Part shown: positions 20,184 to 29,815 of the stretch, piece after piece
Layout: each line of letters starts with the position of its first letter
How positions within the stretch are numbered: the first letter of the stretch is position 1
NCBI GenBank assembly: GCA_041749915.1
Contig: JBGTAJ010000170.1
Span: forward strand, 3,405 to 67,404
DNA from: Flavobacteriales bacterium
Lineage (GTDB): Bacteria > Bacteroidota > Bacteroidia > Flavobacteriales_F > PHOS-HE28
Direction: 5' to 3'
DNA: 64,000 bases
The notes under the pieces: model-generated
Told to the model about the DNA's origin: nothing
What the model saw: only the letters and a program-made list of their open reading frames with translations
Databases searched by the model: none
Made by a program: the position numbers and the translations under genes

Positions 20184-21485
20184 ATGTCCCACGAGATCAC
20201 CGCCACCATTCTTTCCATCGGCGATGAGCTGCTGATCGGCCAGACCATCAACACCAACGCCGGGTGGATGGGCGAGCAGTTGTCCCTCATCGGCATCCGG
20301 GCCAAGCGGGTGCTCACCATCGGTGACGACCGGCAGGAGATCCTGGACGCGCTGGCCGAGGCGGAGACCGACGTGGTGCTGATCACCGGCGGACTGGGGC
20401 CCACCAAGGACGACATCACCAAACACACGCTCTGCACCTTCTTCGGGACCAAGCTGGTGCGGCATCCCGAGATCGAGGCGCACATCGCCAGCTTCTTCGA
20501 GAGCATCGGGCGGGAGGCGCTGGAGGTGAACCGGGCCCAGGCCGACCTGCCGGAGAGCTGCACCGTGGTGCCCAATGTGCGCGGCACGGCCAGCGGCATG
20601 TGGTTCGATCGTGACGGCAAGGTGTACGTGAGCATGCCCGGGGTGCCATACGAGATGAAGACCATGATGGAGCGCCACGTGCTGCCCATGCTGGTGAAGC
20701 GTTTCGAGCCGCCCACCATCGTGCACCGCACCATGCTCACCACCGGGCTGGGCGAAAGCCATCTGGCCCAGCGCATCGCAGCATGGGAGGACAGCCTGGC
20801 CGTGGACGGCATCAAACTGGCCTACCTCCCCAGTCCCGGTCTGGTGAAACTGCGCCTGAGCACCTACGCCAACAACGACCCGGTGGGCGCCCGGTCCCGG
20901 GTGGACCACAAGGCCGAGGAGCTGTATCGCCTGATCCCCGAATTGATCTTCGGGGAGGGCGATGCCCGACTGGAGCAGGTGGTGGGGCACCGGTTGAAGG
21001 AACGGGGTCAGACCCTTTCCCTGGCCGAGAGCTGCACAGGGGGGTATGTGAGCCACCTGGTCACCGGCGTTCCGGGCAGTTCGGCCTACTTCATCGGGGG
21101 CGTGGTGAGCTATGCCAACGCCGTGAAGATGGAGGAACTGGGCATCCCCAGCGACATGCTGGAGCTGAACGGCGCCGTGAGCGAACCGGTGGTGGAACGC
21201 ATGGCCCAGGGTGTGCGCGAGGCCCTGCGCACCGACTGGAGCATCGCCCTGAGCGGGGTGGCCGGTCCGGAAGGGGGCACGGAGGAGAAACCCGTGGGCA
21301 CCGTTTGGATGGCCGTGGCAGGCCCCTACGGTGTGCGGTCCTTCAAGGGCTTCTTCCCCGGTACACGCGACCTGGTGATCAAGCGCAGTGCCCTGGCAGC
21401 GCTGGACCTGCTGCGCAAAGCACTCGACGCCCAGGACCGTGCCCCGGTGGCTGCTGACAAACGATCGTGGACGGAACTTCCATAA
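20184..21485 (+). CDS. cinA: CinA family protein (MoCF-binding domain plus NMN deamidase PncC domain)
   Basis: N-terminus ILSIGDELLIGQTINTNAGWMGEQL. The C-terminal domain has LSLAESCTGGYVSH and VAGPEGGTEEKPVGTVW. Confidence 0.9.
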   Translation: MSHEITATILSIGDELLIGQTINTNAGWMGEQLSLIGIRAKRVLTIGDDRQEILDALAEAETDVVLITGGLGPTKDDITKHTLCTFFGTKLVRHPEIEAHIASFFESIGREALEVNRAQADLPESCTVVPNVRGTASGMWFDRDGKVYVSMPGVPYEMKTMMERHVLPMLVKRFEPPTIVHRTMLTTGLGESHLAQRIAAWEDSLAVDGIKLAYLPSPGLVKLRLSTYANNDPVGARSRVDHKAEELYRLIPELIFGEGDARLEQVVGHRLKERGQTLSLAESCTGGYVSHLVTGVPGSSAYFIGGVVSYANAVKMEELGIPSDMLELNGAVSEPVVERMAQGVREALRTDWSIALSGVAGPEGGTEEKPVGTVWMAVAGPYGVRSFKGFFPGTRDLVIKRSALAALDLLRKALDAQDRAPVAADKRSWTELP

Positions 21486-21522
21486 AGGAGGGGCCGGGCA
21501 TGGGATATCCAAAAGATCTCTC

Positions 21523-21530
21523 TACATTTG
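21523..21530 (+). promoter_or_regulatory. candidate Bacteroidota -7 promoter box TACATTTG upstream of rpmB
   Basis: Matches the TAnnTTTG consensus and lies 23 nt upstream of the rpmB ATG. Confidence 0.35.
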
Positions 21531-21552
21531 CACCCCTGTAATCAGAATCGCC

Positions 21553-21792
21553 ATGTCCAAGGTCTGTCAGATCACCGGTAAGCACGTCATCACGGGCAAC
21601 AAGGTGTCCCACTCGAACATCAAGACCCGGCGCACCTTTGCGCCCAACCTGCAGGACCGCAAGTTCTTCCTCGCCGAGGAGAACAAGTGGGTGAGCCTCC
21701 GGGTGAGCACCAACGGCATGCGTACCATCAACAAGATCGGTCTTGCCGAAGCGCTGAAGCGCGCCAAGGCGAAGGGCTTCTACACGGCCTGA
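21553..21792 (+). CDS. rpmB: 50S ribosomal protein L28
   Basis: MSKVCQITGKHVITGNKVSHSNIKTRRTFAPNLQ is the canonical L28 N-terminus. The ATG at 21553 lies inside the longer listed ORF. Confidence 0.95.
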   Translation: MSKVCQITGKHVITGNKVSHSNIKTRRTFAPNLQDRKFFLAEENKWVSLRVSTNGMRTINKIGLAEALKRAKAKGFYTA

Positions 21793-21818
21793 CCAACGGA
21801 CCCACAACACGCTGAACA

Positions 21819-22007
21819 ATGGCCAAGAAAGCGAGAGGCAACCGCATCCAGGTGATCATGGAATGCACCGAGCACAAGAACTCGGGACTGCCCGGCACCA
21901 GCCGTTACATCACCAACAAGAACCGCAAGAACACCACCGAGCGGATGGAGCTGAAGAAGTACAACCCCATCCTGCGCCGCGTCACTGTTCACAAAGAGAT
22001 CAAGTAA
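21819..22007 (+). CDS. rpmG: 50S ribosomal protein L33
   Basis: [62 protein letters not shown]. Confidence 0.95.
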   Translation: MAKKARGNRIQVIMECTEHKNSGLPGTSRYITNKNRKNTTERMELKKYNPILRRVTVHKEIK

Positions 22008-22010
22008 GCC

Positions 22011-22166
22011 ATGGCTAAGAAGACCGTTGCAACCCTGAAGAAAGCCGATGCGAAGACCTTCACCAAGGTCATCCGCATGATGAAGAAGGACGGCCATCGC
22101 GGCTACTCCTTCGTGGAGCAGGTCGTGCCCACCGATGATGCTGAGAAACTGATCAGCGGCAAGTAA
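22011..22166 (+). CDS. DUF4295 small protein (Bacteroidota-specific gene following rpmG)
   Basis: Hand translation, not in the supplied ORF track: MAKKTVATLKKADAKTFTKVIRMMKKDGHRGYSFVEQVVPTDDAEKLISGK-TAA. Its position and its 51-aa lysine-rich sequence match the family as I recall it. Confidence 0.75.
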   Translation: MAKKTVATLKKADAKTFTKVIRMMKKDGHRGYSFVEQVVPTDDAEKLISGK

Positions 22167-22186
22167 TCCTTCCGCACACAATCGTC

Positions 22187-22221
22187 AAAAAGGCCGTCCC
22201 GACACCGGGATGGCCTTTTTG
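22187..22221 (+). terminator. rho-independent terminator after the rpmB-rpmG-DUF4295 unit
   Basis: aaaaAGGCCGTCCC-gacacc-GGGATGGCCTtttt, a 10-bp stem with one G-U pair and a T-run. Confidence 0.7.
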
Positions 22222-22237
22222 AGCATAATGCCCAGGC

Positions 22238-23197
22238 ATGGCACTTTTCGGATTATTCGGCAAGAAGAAGGAGGCGACCCAGGAGGCCGCCGAGAAGCAG
22301 GCCCTGGATGATGGCCTTGAGCGCTCGCGCACCGGTCTGTTCGGTCGCATCACCCGCGCCATTGCCGGCAAGACCAGCATCGACGATGAGGTATTGGATG
22401 AGCTCGAGGAGATCCTCGTGAGCAGTGATGTGGGCGTGGACACCACCCTGCGCATCATCGAACGCATCCAGGCCCGCGTGAAGCGCGATAAGTACGTGGG
22501 GACGGGCGAATTGAACGCCCTGCTCAAGGAGGAGATCGCCGCGCTGATGAAGGACCCCGAGCCGGTGGATCCCGCCATAAAGCCCTACGTGATCATGGTG
22601 GTGGGCGTGAACGGCGTGGGCAAGACCACCACGATCGGCAAGCTGGCCCATGCCTTCAAGAAGGAGGGCAAACAGGTGGTGCTGGGTGCCGCTGACACCT
22701 TCCGGGCCGCCGCGGTGGACCAATTGCGCATCTGGAGCGAGCGCGTGGGGGTGACCTTGGTTCAGCAGGGCATGAACGCCGACCCGGCCGCCGTTGCCTA
22801 TGACACCGTGGAGAGCGCCAAGGCCCGCGGGGCCGATATCGTGATCATCGATACCGCCGGTCGCCTGCACAACAAGGTGGGCCTGATGAACGAGCTCACC
22901 AAGGTGCGCAACGTGATGCGCAAGGTGATCCCCGATGCGCCCCACGAAGTGCTGCTGGTGTTGGACGCCAGCACGGGGCAGAACGCCATCGAACAGGCCA
23001 GGCAGTTCACCAAGGCCACCGATGTCACCGCGTTGGCGCTGACCAAGATCGATGGCACGGCCAAGGGCGGTGTGGCCATCGGCATCAGCGAACAGTTCAA
23101 CATCCCCATCAAGTACCTCGGGGTGGGTGAGGGGATCGACCACCTGCAGGTGTTCGACAAGAAGGCCTTTGTGGAGGCCCTGTTCAAACAGGGCTGA
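22238..23197 (+). CDS. ftsY: signal recognition particle receptor FtsY
   Basis: SRP GTPase NG domain: VGVNGVGKTTTIGKLA, DTAGRL, TKIDGTAKGG and GVGEGIDHLQ. Confidence 0.95.
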   Translation: MALFGLFGKKKEATQEAAEKQALDDGLERSRTGLFGRITRAIAGKTSIDDEVLDELEEILVSSDVGVDTTLRIIERIQARVKRDKYVGTGELNALLKEEIAALMKDPEPVDPAIKPYVIMVVGVNGVGKTTTIGKLAHAFKKEGKQVVLGAADTFRAAAVDQLRIWSERVGVTLVQQGMNADPAAVAYDTVESAKARGADIVIIDTAGRLHNKVGLMNELTKVRNVMRKVIPDAPHEVLLVLDASTGQNAIEQARQFTKATDVTALALTKIDGTAKGGVAIGISEQFNIPIKYLGVGEGIDHLQVFDKKAFVEALFKQG

Positions 23198-23212
23198 GGC
23201 CCCGACCGCGGT

Positions 23213-23614
23213 TCAACCGGCCATCGCCTGGTCGTCCTCCGGCCGCTCGATGATGTCCATCGGGATACCCAACTGCTCCACGAAGTAGGCGCATACATCC
23301 TGCACCTGGTCATCGTCCGCTTCGGTCCTCCACTCGATGCGGATGTCGCGATGGTGCCTCATCCGGAGGCTCAATCGTTCCAGCATCTGATACAGGGCCT
23401 TCAGCGAGGAGGTGTTGAAGTATTCCAGGTCGAAGGTGACCACAGAGCCCACGGGCATGAGGTGGACATGCTCATCCAACCATTGCAGCAACGGCGCATA
23501 GAAGGCGTGGGCGTTACTGGGAACCGAACGGCCCGAGATCGTGAAACACACGTCCATCAGGTCGAAATGCACCTCGGGTGTGGTGGGTGTGCCGGGTATG
23601 TGCAGGTTCCTCAT
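23213..23614 (-). CDS. DUF1987 / SiaC-like partner-switch phosphoprotein
   Basis: 133 aa: IPGTPTTPEVHFD, ISGRSVPSNAHAFYAPLLQWL, and LEYFNTSSLKAL with the conserved FNTSS Thr/Ser motif. Its ATG overlaps the upstream stop (ATGA at 23611-23614). Confidence 0.75.
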   Translation of the reverse strand: MRNLHIPGTPTTPEVHFDLMDVCFTISGRSVPSNAHAFYAPLLQWLDEHVHLMPVGSVVTFDLEYFNTSSLKALYQMLERLSLRMRHHRDIRIEWRTEADDDQVQDVCAYFVEQLGIPMDIIERPEDDQAMAG

Positions 23615-24114
23615 GCTGCTTGGGCAGGGGTAAGGGGGGCGCTGATCTCACAATGACAGCGGTAGTGCTCTTGATCCGTGGCCTCGATGCGGGTGGTGAT
23701 GTTGCCCTTCACCTTGCGGGCGATCTGCAGCAGGCCAAGACCGGCGCCACCGTTCTCCCCGAAAGCCGGGTCGCTGAGCTGAAGCTTGAAGGCCGCGATG
23801 AGCTGTGCCTCCGTCATGCCGCGTAACTGGGCCACGATGGATTCCAGCCGCATGGCCGCTGAGCGCAACGCGAGATTGGTGAGGCTCAACGTGATACGGT
23901 CGTCGGTCTGGCTCCATTGGAAGGATACCGGTCCTGCACTGCTGTGCCGCTGGGCATTGTCGAGCATTTCGATCGCCACGGTGAACAGGCGCTTGAACTC
24001 CTTGCGCGAGGCCAGGTTCAACCTGCCGGCCGACTGCAGCAACTCGATGAGATGCACGCGGATGTCATCATCCAACAGCCCCGAGTACTGGATCACACTG
24101 TTCTCGGTGCTCAT
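23611..24114 (-). CDS. SiaB-like GHKL-type protein kinase (anti-sigma-factor-kinase-like)
   Basis: 167 aa with AIEMLDNAQRHS (N-box-like) and GGAGLGLLQIARK (G-box). It sits between the PP2C phosphatase and the DUF1987 gene. ATG at 24114. Confidence 0.65.
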   Translation of the reverse strand: MSTENSVIQYSGLLDDDIRVHLIELLQSAGRLNLASRKEFKRLFTVAIEMLDNAQRHSSAGPVSFQWSQTDDRITLSLTNLALRSAAMRLESIVAQLRGMTEAQLIAAFKLQLSDPAFGENGGAGLGLLQIARKVKGNITTRIEATDQEHYRCHCEISAPLTPAQAA

Positions 24115-24154
24115 ACAAGGGGGGCGAATTGGTCTTCCATGGGGAACTTCGGGG

Positions 24155-25588
24155 TCATGCCGCCGCCTCATTGCCTTGTTCCGAACTGATGCGTGTTTGC
24201 CAGCAGGCGGCCGGCACCATGCTCACAAAGAGCACATCATCGATCAATGGGGTGTTTCCCTTCCATTCGTCGAACACATGCAGCAAGTGCTTCATTTGGG
24301 CCTCCGGATGGAGGTGCGCGGCATCGTTCAGCGTGGACTCCAGGCGCGACCGATTGAACTTGCGCTGGTCCTTCGCACAGAACTGGTCCACCATACCGTC
24401 CGTGTACATGAACAGGCGGGTGCTCGGCGTGATGGTGATCAGGTGCTCCTTCAAGGAATTGAGCCGCATCTCGGTCAACAGCGAGGCATTGCTGCTGTGG
24501 CTGCGGAAGTGGTGCATGCCTTCCTCCTGCTGCACGATGATGCCACAGCCCAGTCCGCTGCAGGAAACCCGGTTCGTGGAGTGCTCGAAGCAGAGCACCG
24601 CCATTTCGGCGCCATCGGTGTTGCCAGTGCGTTCCCGGTCCAGCCGGTCGTTCAGCAGTTGTTGCGCCCTGCGCAGGAGCTGCGCGGCAGAGAGATTGCG
24701 GTAGGTGTGCACGATCTCGTTCAGCAGGCCGTGGATCAGCATGCTCATCAGGCTTCCCGGCACGCCGTGTCCCGTGCAGTCGATGACCATGAAGTAGCTG
24801 CGGTCGTCCACCCGGGCGTGCCAGATCAGGTCGCCGCCCACCGCTTCCTTGGAGCGGTAGTGTACGATCATCCGGTCGAACAGGGTGTTCATCCGGCCCT
24901 GGTCCGGCCAGAGCGCCAGTTGGATGCGGCCCGCGTAGTCCAGGCTCTGCTGCATCTCGTTGTTCCGTTCCTCCAGTGTGCGCAAGGCCCGCTCTTCCGC
25001 TTCGCGTTGAATGGCCAGCAAGCGCTTGCGCAGGAGGCGTTGGGCGTTGAGCATGCGGTCGGCCAGGAAGAAATTGGCGCACATGCTCGCGCTCAAATTG
25101 AACGCCAGGAGCAGACCCTGGTCCTGTGCGCCCAAGGGGAAGGGGTCGAACAACACGGGGTCGTGCAGTGCGAACATGCTCAGGCAGGCCCCGATCAGCA
25201 GGATGTAGCCGTACCGATTGGAGCCCCTGGCCACGTTCACCGCAGCCACCAGGCTGGGCAGGCTCCAGAGCATCACCATGCCGCTTTTGGAAAGGCCGCC
25301 CAAGGTGGCTTGGAACACAAAGGGTAGCAGGATGCCGGCGAGCAGCAGCAGGTGCCGCCCCCAACGTTCGGTACCGGGATAGCGGATGGCGACCATGGCG
25401 GACAGTGCCACCAGGATGTAACCCATCGGCACCCACGCCTGCATGAACAGGCCCTGGAAAGCGCACCAGACCGACCACAACAACGCGAAGCCCGACATGG
25501 CCAGGCTCATGATCAGCAGCATACGGCGCTCGCTGCGCAGGCGCAGGAGATCGATGTAGCGTGTGCTGTTGGTGGCGGCGGGGGCCAT
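24155..25588 (-). CDS. membrane-bound PP2C/SpoIIE-family phosphatase (SiaA-like)
   Basis: About 6 N-terminal TM helices, a coiled linker (LRKRLLAIQREAEERALRTLEERNNEMQQSL), then a SpoIIE domain (GGDLIW, VIDCTGHGVPGSLMSM, FMYTDGMVDQ, DDVLFVS). The ATG at 25588 is preferred; the GTG at 25651 is the alternative. Confidence 0.8.
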   Translation of the reverse strand: MAPAATNSTRYIDLLRLRSERRMLLIMSLAMSGFALLWSVWCAFQGLFMQAWVPMGYILVALSAMVAIRYPGTERWGRHLLLLAGILLPFVFQATLGGLSKSGMVMLWSLPSLVAAVNVARGSNRYGYILLIGACLSMFALHDPVLFDPFPLGAQDQGLLLAFNLSASMCANFFLADRMLNAQRLLRKRLLAIQREAEERALRTLEERNNEMQQSLDYAGRIQLALWPDQGRMNTLFDRMIVHYRSKEAVGGDLIWHARVDDRSYFMVIDCTGHGVPGSLMSMLIHGLLNEIVHTYRNLSAAQLLRRAQQLLNDRLDRERTGNTDGAEMAVLCFEHSTNRVSCSGLGCGIIVQQEEGMHHFRSHSSNASLLTEMRLNSLKEHLITITPSTRLFMYTDGMVDQFCAKDQRKFNRSRLESTLNDAAHLHPEAQMKHLLHVFDEWKGNTPLIDDVLFVSMVPAACWQTRISSEQGNEAAA

Positions 25589-25693
25589 GCGGTCCAGTTC
25601 GTGTGGCCGTCCTACGCATCCCCGATCGGGAAGGTTCGCCCTGCGGAGCACTGGACTTCAGGTACTTTCCATCGGTCCCAGGCGGCTTTCCGG

Positions 25694-25701
25694 TACCTTT
25701 G
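25694..25701 (+). promoter_or_regulatory. candidate -7 promoter box TACCTTTG upstream of rimO
   Basis: TAnnTTTG match 31 nt upstream of the rimO ATG. Confidence 0.35.
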
Positions 25702-25731
25702 CCGCCCCGTAACACGCCCGCTGCCCAGCGC

Positions 25732-27057
25732 ATGAAAGCCCGTACCCTCAAGAAGACCAAGGTCAATGTGGTCACCCTAGGCTGCTCGAAGAACACCTTC
25801 GACAGCGAGGTGATGATGGCCCAGCTGAAGGCCAACGGCATTGCGGTGGACCATGAGAGCGAGGCCAATGACCACAACGTGGTGGTGATCAACACCTGCG
25901 GTTTCATCGACAACGCCAAGCAGGAGAGCATCGACACCATCCTCAGTTGGGCCGGTGCCAAGGACCGCGGCGAGGTGGAGAAGGTCTACGTCACCGGCTG
26001 CCTGAGCCAACGTTACGGCCCGGAGCTCAAGGACGGTATCCCCCAGGTGGACGCCTGGTTCGGCACCCGCGACCTGCCCCGACTGCTGAAGACACTGAAG
26101 GCCGACTATAAACATGAACTGGTGGGGGAGCGCCTGTTGACGACACCTGCCCACTACGCCTACTTCAAGATCAGCGAGGGCTGCGACCGCAAGTGCTCCT
26201 TCTGCGCCATCCCGCTGATGCGCGGAAAGCACGCGAGCACGCCCATGGAGCAGTTGGTGACCAACGCGCAGAACCTGGCCAGACAGGGCGTGAAGGAGCT
26301 CATCCTCATCGCGCAGGACCTCACCTACTACGGCCTCGACATCAACAAGAAGCGCAACCTCGATGAACTCGTGGCCCGACTGAGCGACGTAGAGGGCATC
26401 GACTGGATCCGCCTGCACTACGCCTTCCCCAGCGGCTTCCCCATGGAAGTGCTGGACGTGATGCGCGACCGGGCCAATGTGTGCAACTACCTGGACATGC
26501 CCCTGCAGCACGGCAGTACCCGCATGCTCACGCGCATGCGCCGCGGCATCACGCAGGAGAAGACCGAAGCGCTCGTCAATACCATCCGCGACAAGGTCCC
26601 CGGCATCGCCATCCGCACCACGCTCATCAGCGGTTTCCCCGGCGAGACACAGGCCGACCACGACGACAACCTCGCGTGGATCGAGCGCATGCGCTTCGAC
26701 CGGCTGGGTGCTTTCACCTACAGCCACGAGGAGGACACCCATGCCCACACCTTCGCCGACGATGTGCCCGCCGAGGTGAAGGAGCAACGCGCCCAGGAGA
26801 TCATGGAGCTGCAGGGCGGCATCAGTTTGGAACTGAACCAGGCCAAGGTGGGCCGCACCTTCAAGGTGCTGGTGGACAAGGCCGAGAGCGGGCATTACAT
26901 CGCCCGCACGGAGTTCGATTCGCCCGAGGTGGACAATGAGGTTTTGATCCCCATGGAGGGCAACTACCTGAGGATCGGTGATTTCGCCGAGGTGCGCATC
27001 ACCGAGGCCAACGAGCACGATCTGCGGGGGGAGGTCCTGGTCGGGGAGGTCGGATAG
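25732..27057 (+). CDS. rimO: ribosomal protein S12 methylthiotransferase RimO
   Basis: UPF0004 N-domain VNVVTLGCSKNTFDSE, radical-SAM CDRKCSFCAIP and a C-terminal TRAM domain. ATG at 25732 (MKARTLKK). Confidence 0.93.
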   Translation: MKARTLKKTKVNVVTLGCSKNTFDSEVMMAQLKANGIAVDHESEANDHNVVVINTCGFIDNAKQESIDTILSWAGAKDRGEVEKVYVTGCLSQRYGPELKDGIPQVDAWFGTRDLPRLLKTLKADYKHELVGERLLTTPAHYAYFKISEGCDRKCSFCAIPLMRGKHASTPMEQLVTNAQNLARQGVKELILIAQDLTYYGLDINKKRNLDELVARLSDVEGIDWIRLHYAFPSGFPMEVLDVMRDRANVCNYLDMPLQHGSTRMLTRMRRGITQEKTEALVNTIRDKVPGIAIRTTLISGFPGETQADHDDNLAWIERMRFDRLGAFTYSHEEDTHAHTFADDVPAEVKEQRAQEIMELQGGISLELNQAKVGRTFKVLVDKAESGHYIARTEFDSPEVDNEVLIPMEGNYLRIGDFAEVRITEANEHDLRGEVLVGEVG

Positions 27058-27236
27058 GGATCTGGCCTCCTGATGATGCACCTCATCATTGTCGGTAGCG
27101 TCAACGCCACGGCAAAACTGGCTTCCTTTTCCTATGATGAATTGCGCCGGTCATGATCGGGAGGGTGATACGCTCAAGTGATGGATGTCACCTCGCCGGT
27201 GGATCGTTGGTCGGGGAAATGAGAAAGCGAAGCGTC

Positions 27237-27875
27237 CTACCGACCATAGTACCGGTTCACCGCCTCCGTACGGTTCTGCACGTGCAGCTTTTCATAGATC
27301 CGGTGGATATGCTGCTTGACAGTGCCGGTGGTGATGCCCAAACGCTCGGCGATCTCCTTGTAGAGAAGGCCCTGGGCCAGCAATTCCAGTACACCATGCT
27401 CGCGATCGGAGAGCATGCCATCACTGATGGTGGACCTGTCCTGCACGGGTCGGAACTGTTGCACCACCCGGCGGGCCACATGGGCGCTCATGGGTGAGCC
27501 TCCCTCGGCCAGTTCCCGCACGGCCTCCAGGATCTGGTCGGGTGTGGAGCTCTTCAGGATGTAGCCATTGGCACCGGCCTTGAGCGCTTCGAAGACCCGA
27601 TGATCGTCATCGTGCACGGTGTACATCAGGAACTGGGTGCCGGTGCAGCGCTCGCTGAGCTGGCGCACGCAGTCGATCCCGCTCTGACCCGGGAGGTTGA
27701 TGTCCATGATGATCACATCGGGGAAGGACCCATGAAGGCGCATCAAGGCATCCTCGGCGTTTGAGTGCACGCTGAAGGACTCCATGCCTTCCTCGAAGAT
27801 GAACAGAGAATGGAGTGTTTCACGGATGGTATTATCATCCTCCACGATGCTGACGCGGATCGGGCCCTTGGTCAT
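27237..27875 (-). CDS. NarL/FixJ (LuxR-type) response regulator
   Basis: Receiver domain (RVSIVEDD, DVIIMDINLPGQSG, KAGANGYILK) plus a LuxR HTH (LSDREHGVLELLAQGLLYKEIAERLGITTGTVKQHIHRIYEKL). Its ATG overlaps the kinase stop (ATGA). Confidence 0.93.
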   Translation of the reverse strand: MTKGPIRVSIVEDDNTIRETLHSLFIFEEGMESFSVHSNAEDALMRLHGSFPDVIIMDINLPGQSGIDCVRQLSERCTGTQFLMYTVHDDDHRVFEALKAGANGYILKSSTPDQILEAVRELAEGGSPMSAHVARRVVQQFRPVQDRSTISDGMLSDREHGVLELLAQGLLYKEIAERLGITTGTVKQHIHRIYEKLHVQNRTEAVNRYYGR

Positions 27876-29815
27876 GGGTGCGAAGGTGTGATGTTCAATG
27901 GCCTGTTTGCAATAGAACCTTTGTTAGTCTCCAAGGGCATGTGGAAGCGCAGGCGGGTGCCGCTTTGGACCTCCACTGTCTCCTCGGTGCCCATGGTTTC
28001 CACCCTGAACGTACCGCCCACGATCTCCATGCGACGGGCCATGTTACGCAGGCCATTTCCAACGCCCAGGTCGGCATGGCGAGGCAGACCTTCTCCGTTG
28101 TCCACGATGGAGATCGTTAGCCCCTCCACCGTGCTCATGGCGACCAAGACCTTGGTGGCGTTGGCATGCTTGACGGTGTTGTGCAAGGCCTCCTTCACCA
28201 CCAGCAGCATGTTGCGTCGCTGCTGTGCACTGAGCATCACCTCGGGAACCTGCTCGGGTGCAAGCAATTCGAATCGCAGCGCATTGCCATCGAGGTAGGT
28301 CCGCGCGTAGTTGCCGATGTACACCACCAGGTCGGCCAGCGTGCCTTGGTCTGCGTTCATGGTCCAGATGATCTGTCGCATGTTCACGATCAGCTCACCG
28401 GCCGTGGTGGCCAGGGTGCTCAGGAATTTGCGCTTTTCCGGGTCGTTCTCCTTCCGCAGGGCCATCTCGCTGCGCAGTTTCAAAGCGCTGAGCCCTGCAC
28501 CCAGGTCGTCGTGCATATCACGACCCACCTCCTCGCGGATGCGCAGCTCGGCGATGGTGCGTTCCTGCTGAAGTCGCAGCACCTCCAGTTCGGCCACCCG
28601 CTGTTTGCCACGTTGCCGACTGCGGTAGCCGAAGTACAGGCCCAGCAGGATCAGCAGACCCACGGCACTGCCCACGATGATCACGGTACGGCTGAAGCGC
28701 ACGCGCTCCAGGGCTTCGGCATAGCGCTCCCGTTCGAGCCGTTCAATGGCCAGGTCGGCATCGGTGCGCAGCAGTTCCCCTTGGATGTCCAAGGCCGATC
28801 GGATGTTGCGTGCCGCGATCAGGCTGTCGATCCTGAACCACTGGGCCATGTGGTCCAACGCCAGGTCGGGCCGCCCCATGCGTTGCACCACCTTGGCCAC
28901 CAGTCTATGCGCGTTCCGTTGGGTCACCAGCCCGATGCCGGCCTCATGGGCGTTGAGGTAGTTCATGGCATGGGTGATGGCCTCTTCCACGGATCTCTTA
29001 TCACCCAAAGCCTGCAGGGCGTCGGCACGGCCCACCAGGGCATCCACCCCGATGTCATGATCACGCTTGGCATCGGCCACGGTGGCAGCCCGCTCGTAGC
29101 AGGCCAGTGCACTGTCCGGTAGGTTCCGGACCAATGCGAGGTTGCCCATCGACCACCAGGCCACGGCAATGGCACGCGGCGCATCGGCCTGCCTCGCCAG
29201 CTCCAGGCTCTGCAGGAGATGGATCCCGGCACTGTCCAGCCGACCCAGGTTGGTGAGGTAGCTGCCCATGTTGCCATGGATGTGGTGCAGTTCGCTCACC
29301 GGGTATCGTGCCGCCGCCTCGCGGGGAAACCAGGCCAGTGCGTTCCGCAGCAGGGGAAGCGCCAGCCGGTTGTCCTGGATGTTCTCGTGCAAAAGGCCCT
29401 TCAGGTTGAACACGTTGGCCATCAAGGTGCTGTCATTCAACTGCGCGGCCAGGTCCTCCGAAATGTCCAGATCACGGATGCCTTCATGGAACAGCCCTTC
29501 GTAATAAAGCACCTCGGCACGATAGCACAACAAGTAGTAGTAAGCCTCGAGTTCGGTGGCAGGGTCGATGTGCTGCATGGCCTGACCGATCACCCGCATG
29601 GAGCTGTCTGCATGGAACGCGTCCATGTGCACCAGTACCTGCTGGATCAGGCCGTGCAGGACCGGGTCCTCGAAGGGGGGCTGCTGTTCAATGGTGCGTC
29701 CCAGCCGCTGTTGTGCAGCAAGGGGCACAGGCAGGCCACCGAGCCACATCATCAGCAGCAAGGCTCCTGTCCGGAGCGCCGATGCACAGTGGTGATGGAA
29801 CTGCCCGTCGGTCAT
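27872..29815 (-). CDS. sensor histidine kinase with extracytoplasmic TPR-like region (HisKA_3 / HATPase_c)
   Basis: Signal/TM ALRTGALLLMMWLGGLPVPLAAQ, about 350 aa of helical-repeat region and a second TM VIIVGSAVGLLILLGLYFGY. Kinase motifs are the H-box GRDMHDDLGAGLSAL, N-box EALHNTVKHANAT, and DNGEGLP and GVGNGLRNM. Confidence 0.9.
   Translation of the reverse strand: MTDGQFHHHCASALRTGALLLMMWLGGLPVPLAAQQRLGRTIEQQPPFEDPVLHGLIQQVLVHMDAFHADSSMRVIGQAMQHIDPATELEAYYYLLCYRAEVLYYEGLFHEGIRDLDISEDLAAQLNDSTLMANVFNLKGLLHENIQDNRLALPLLRNALAWFPREAAARYPVSELHHIHGNMGSYLTNLGRLDSAGIHLLQSLELARQADAPRAIAVAWWSMGNLALVRNLPDSALACYERAATVADAKRDHDIGVDALVGRADALQALGDKRSVEEAITHAMNYLNAHEAGIGLVTQRNAHRLVAKVVQRMGRPDLALDHMAQWFRIDSLIAARNIRSALDIQGELLRTDADLAIERLERERYAEALERVRFSRTVIIVGSAVGLLILLGLYFGYRSRQRGKQRVAELEVLRLQQERTIAELRIREEVGRDMHDDLGAGLSALKLRSEMALRKENDPEKRKFLSTLATTAGELIVNMRQIIWTMNADQGTLADLVVYIGNYARTYLDGNALRFELLAPEQVPEVMLSAQQRRNMLLVVKEALHNTVKHANATKVLVAMSTVEGLTISIVDNGEGLPRHADLGVGNGLRNMARRMEIVGGTFRVETMGTEETVEVQSGTRLRFHMPLETNKGSIANRPLNITPSHP

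Noticed and set aside
18978-21512. 844-aa minus-strand ORF overlapping the large M16 peptidase and cinA
   Set aside because: It spans two unrelated, well-supported plus-strand genes plus their intergenic gap, and is a typical GC-rich antisense read-through.
24237-25961. 574-aa minus-strand ORF in an alternative frame over the PP2C phosphatase gene and the rimO start
   Set aside because: It is Pro/Arg/Gly-rich and out of frame with the SpoIIE-domain reading. It also overlaps the well-supported rimO start on the other strand.
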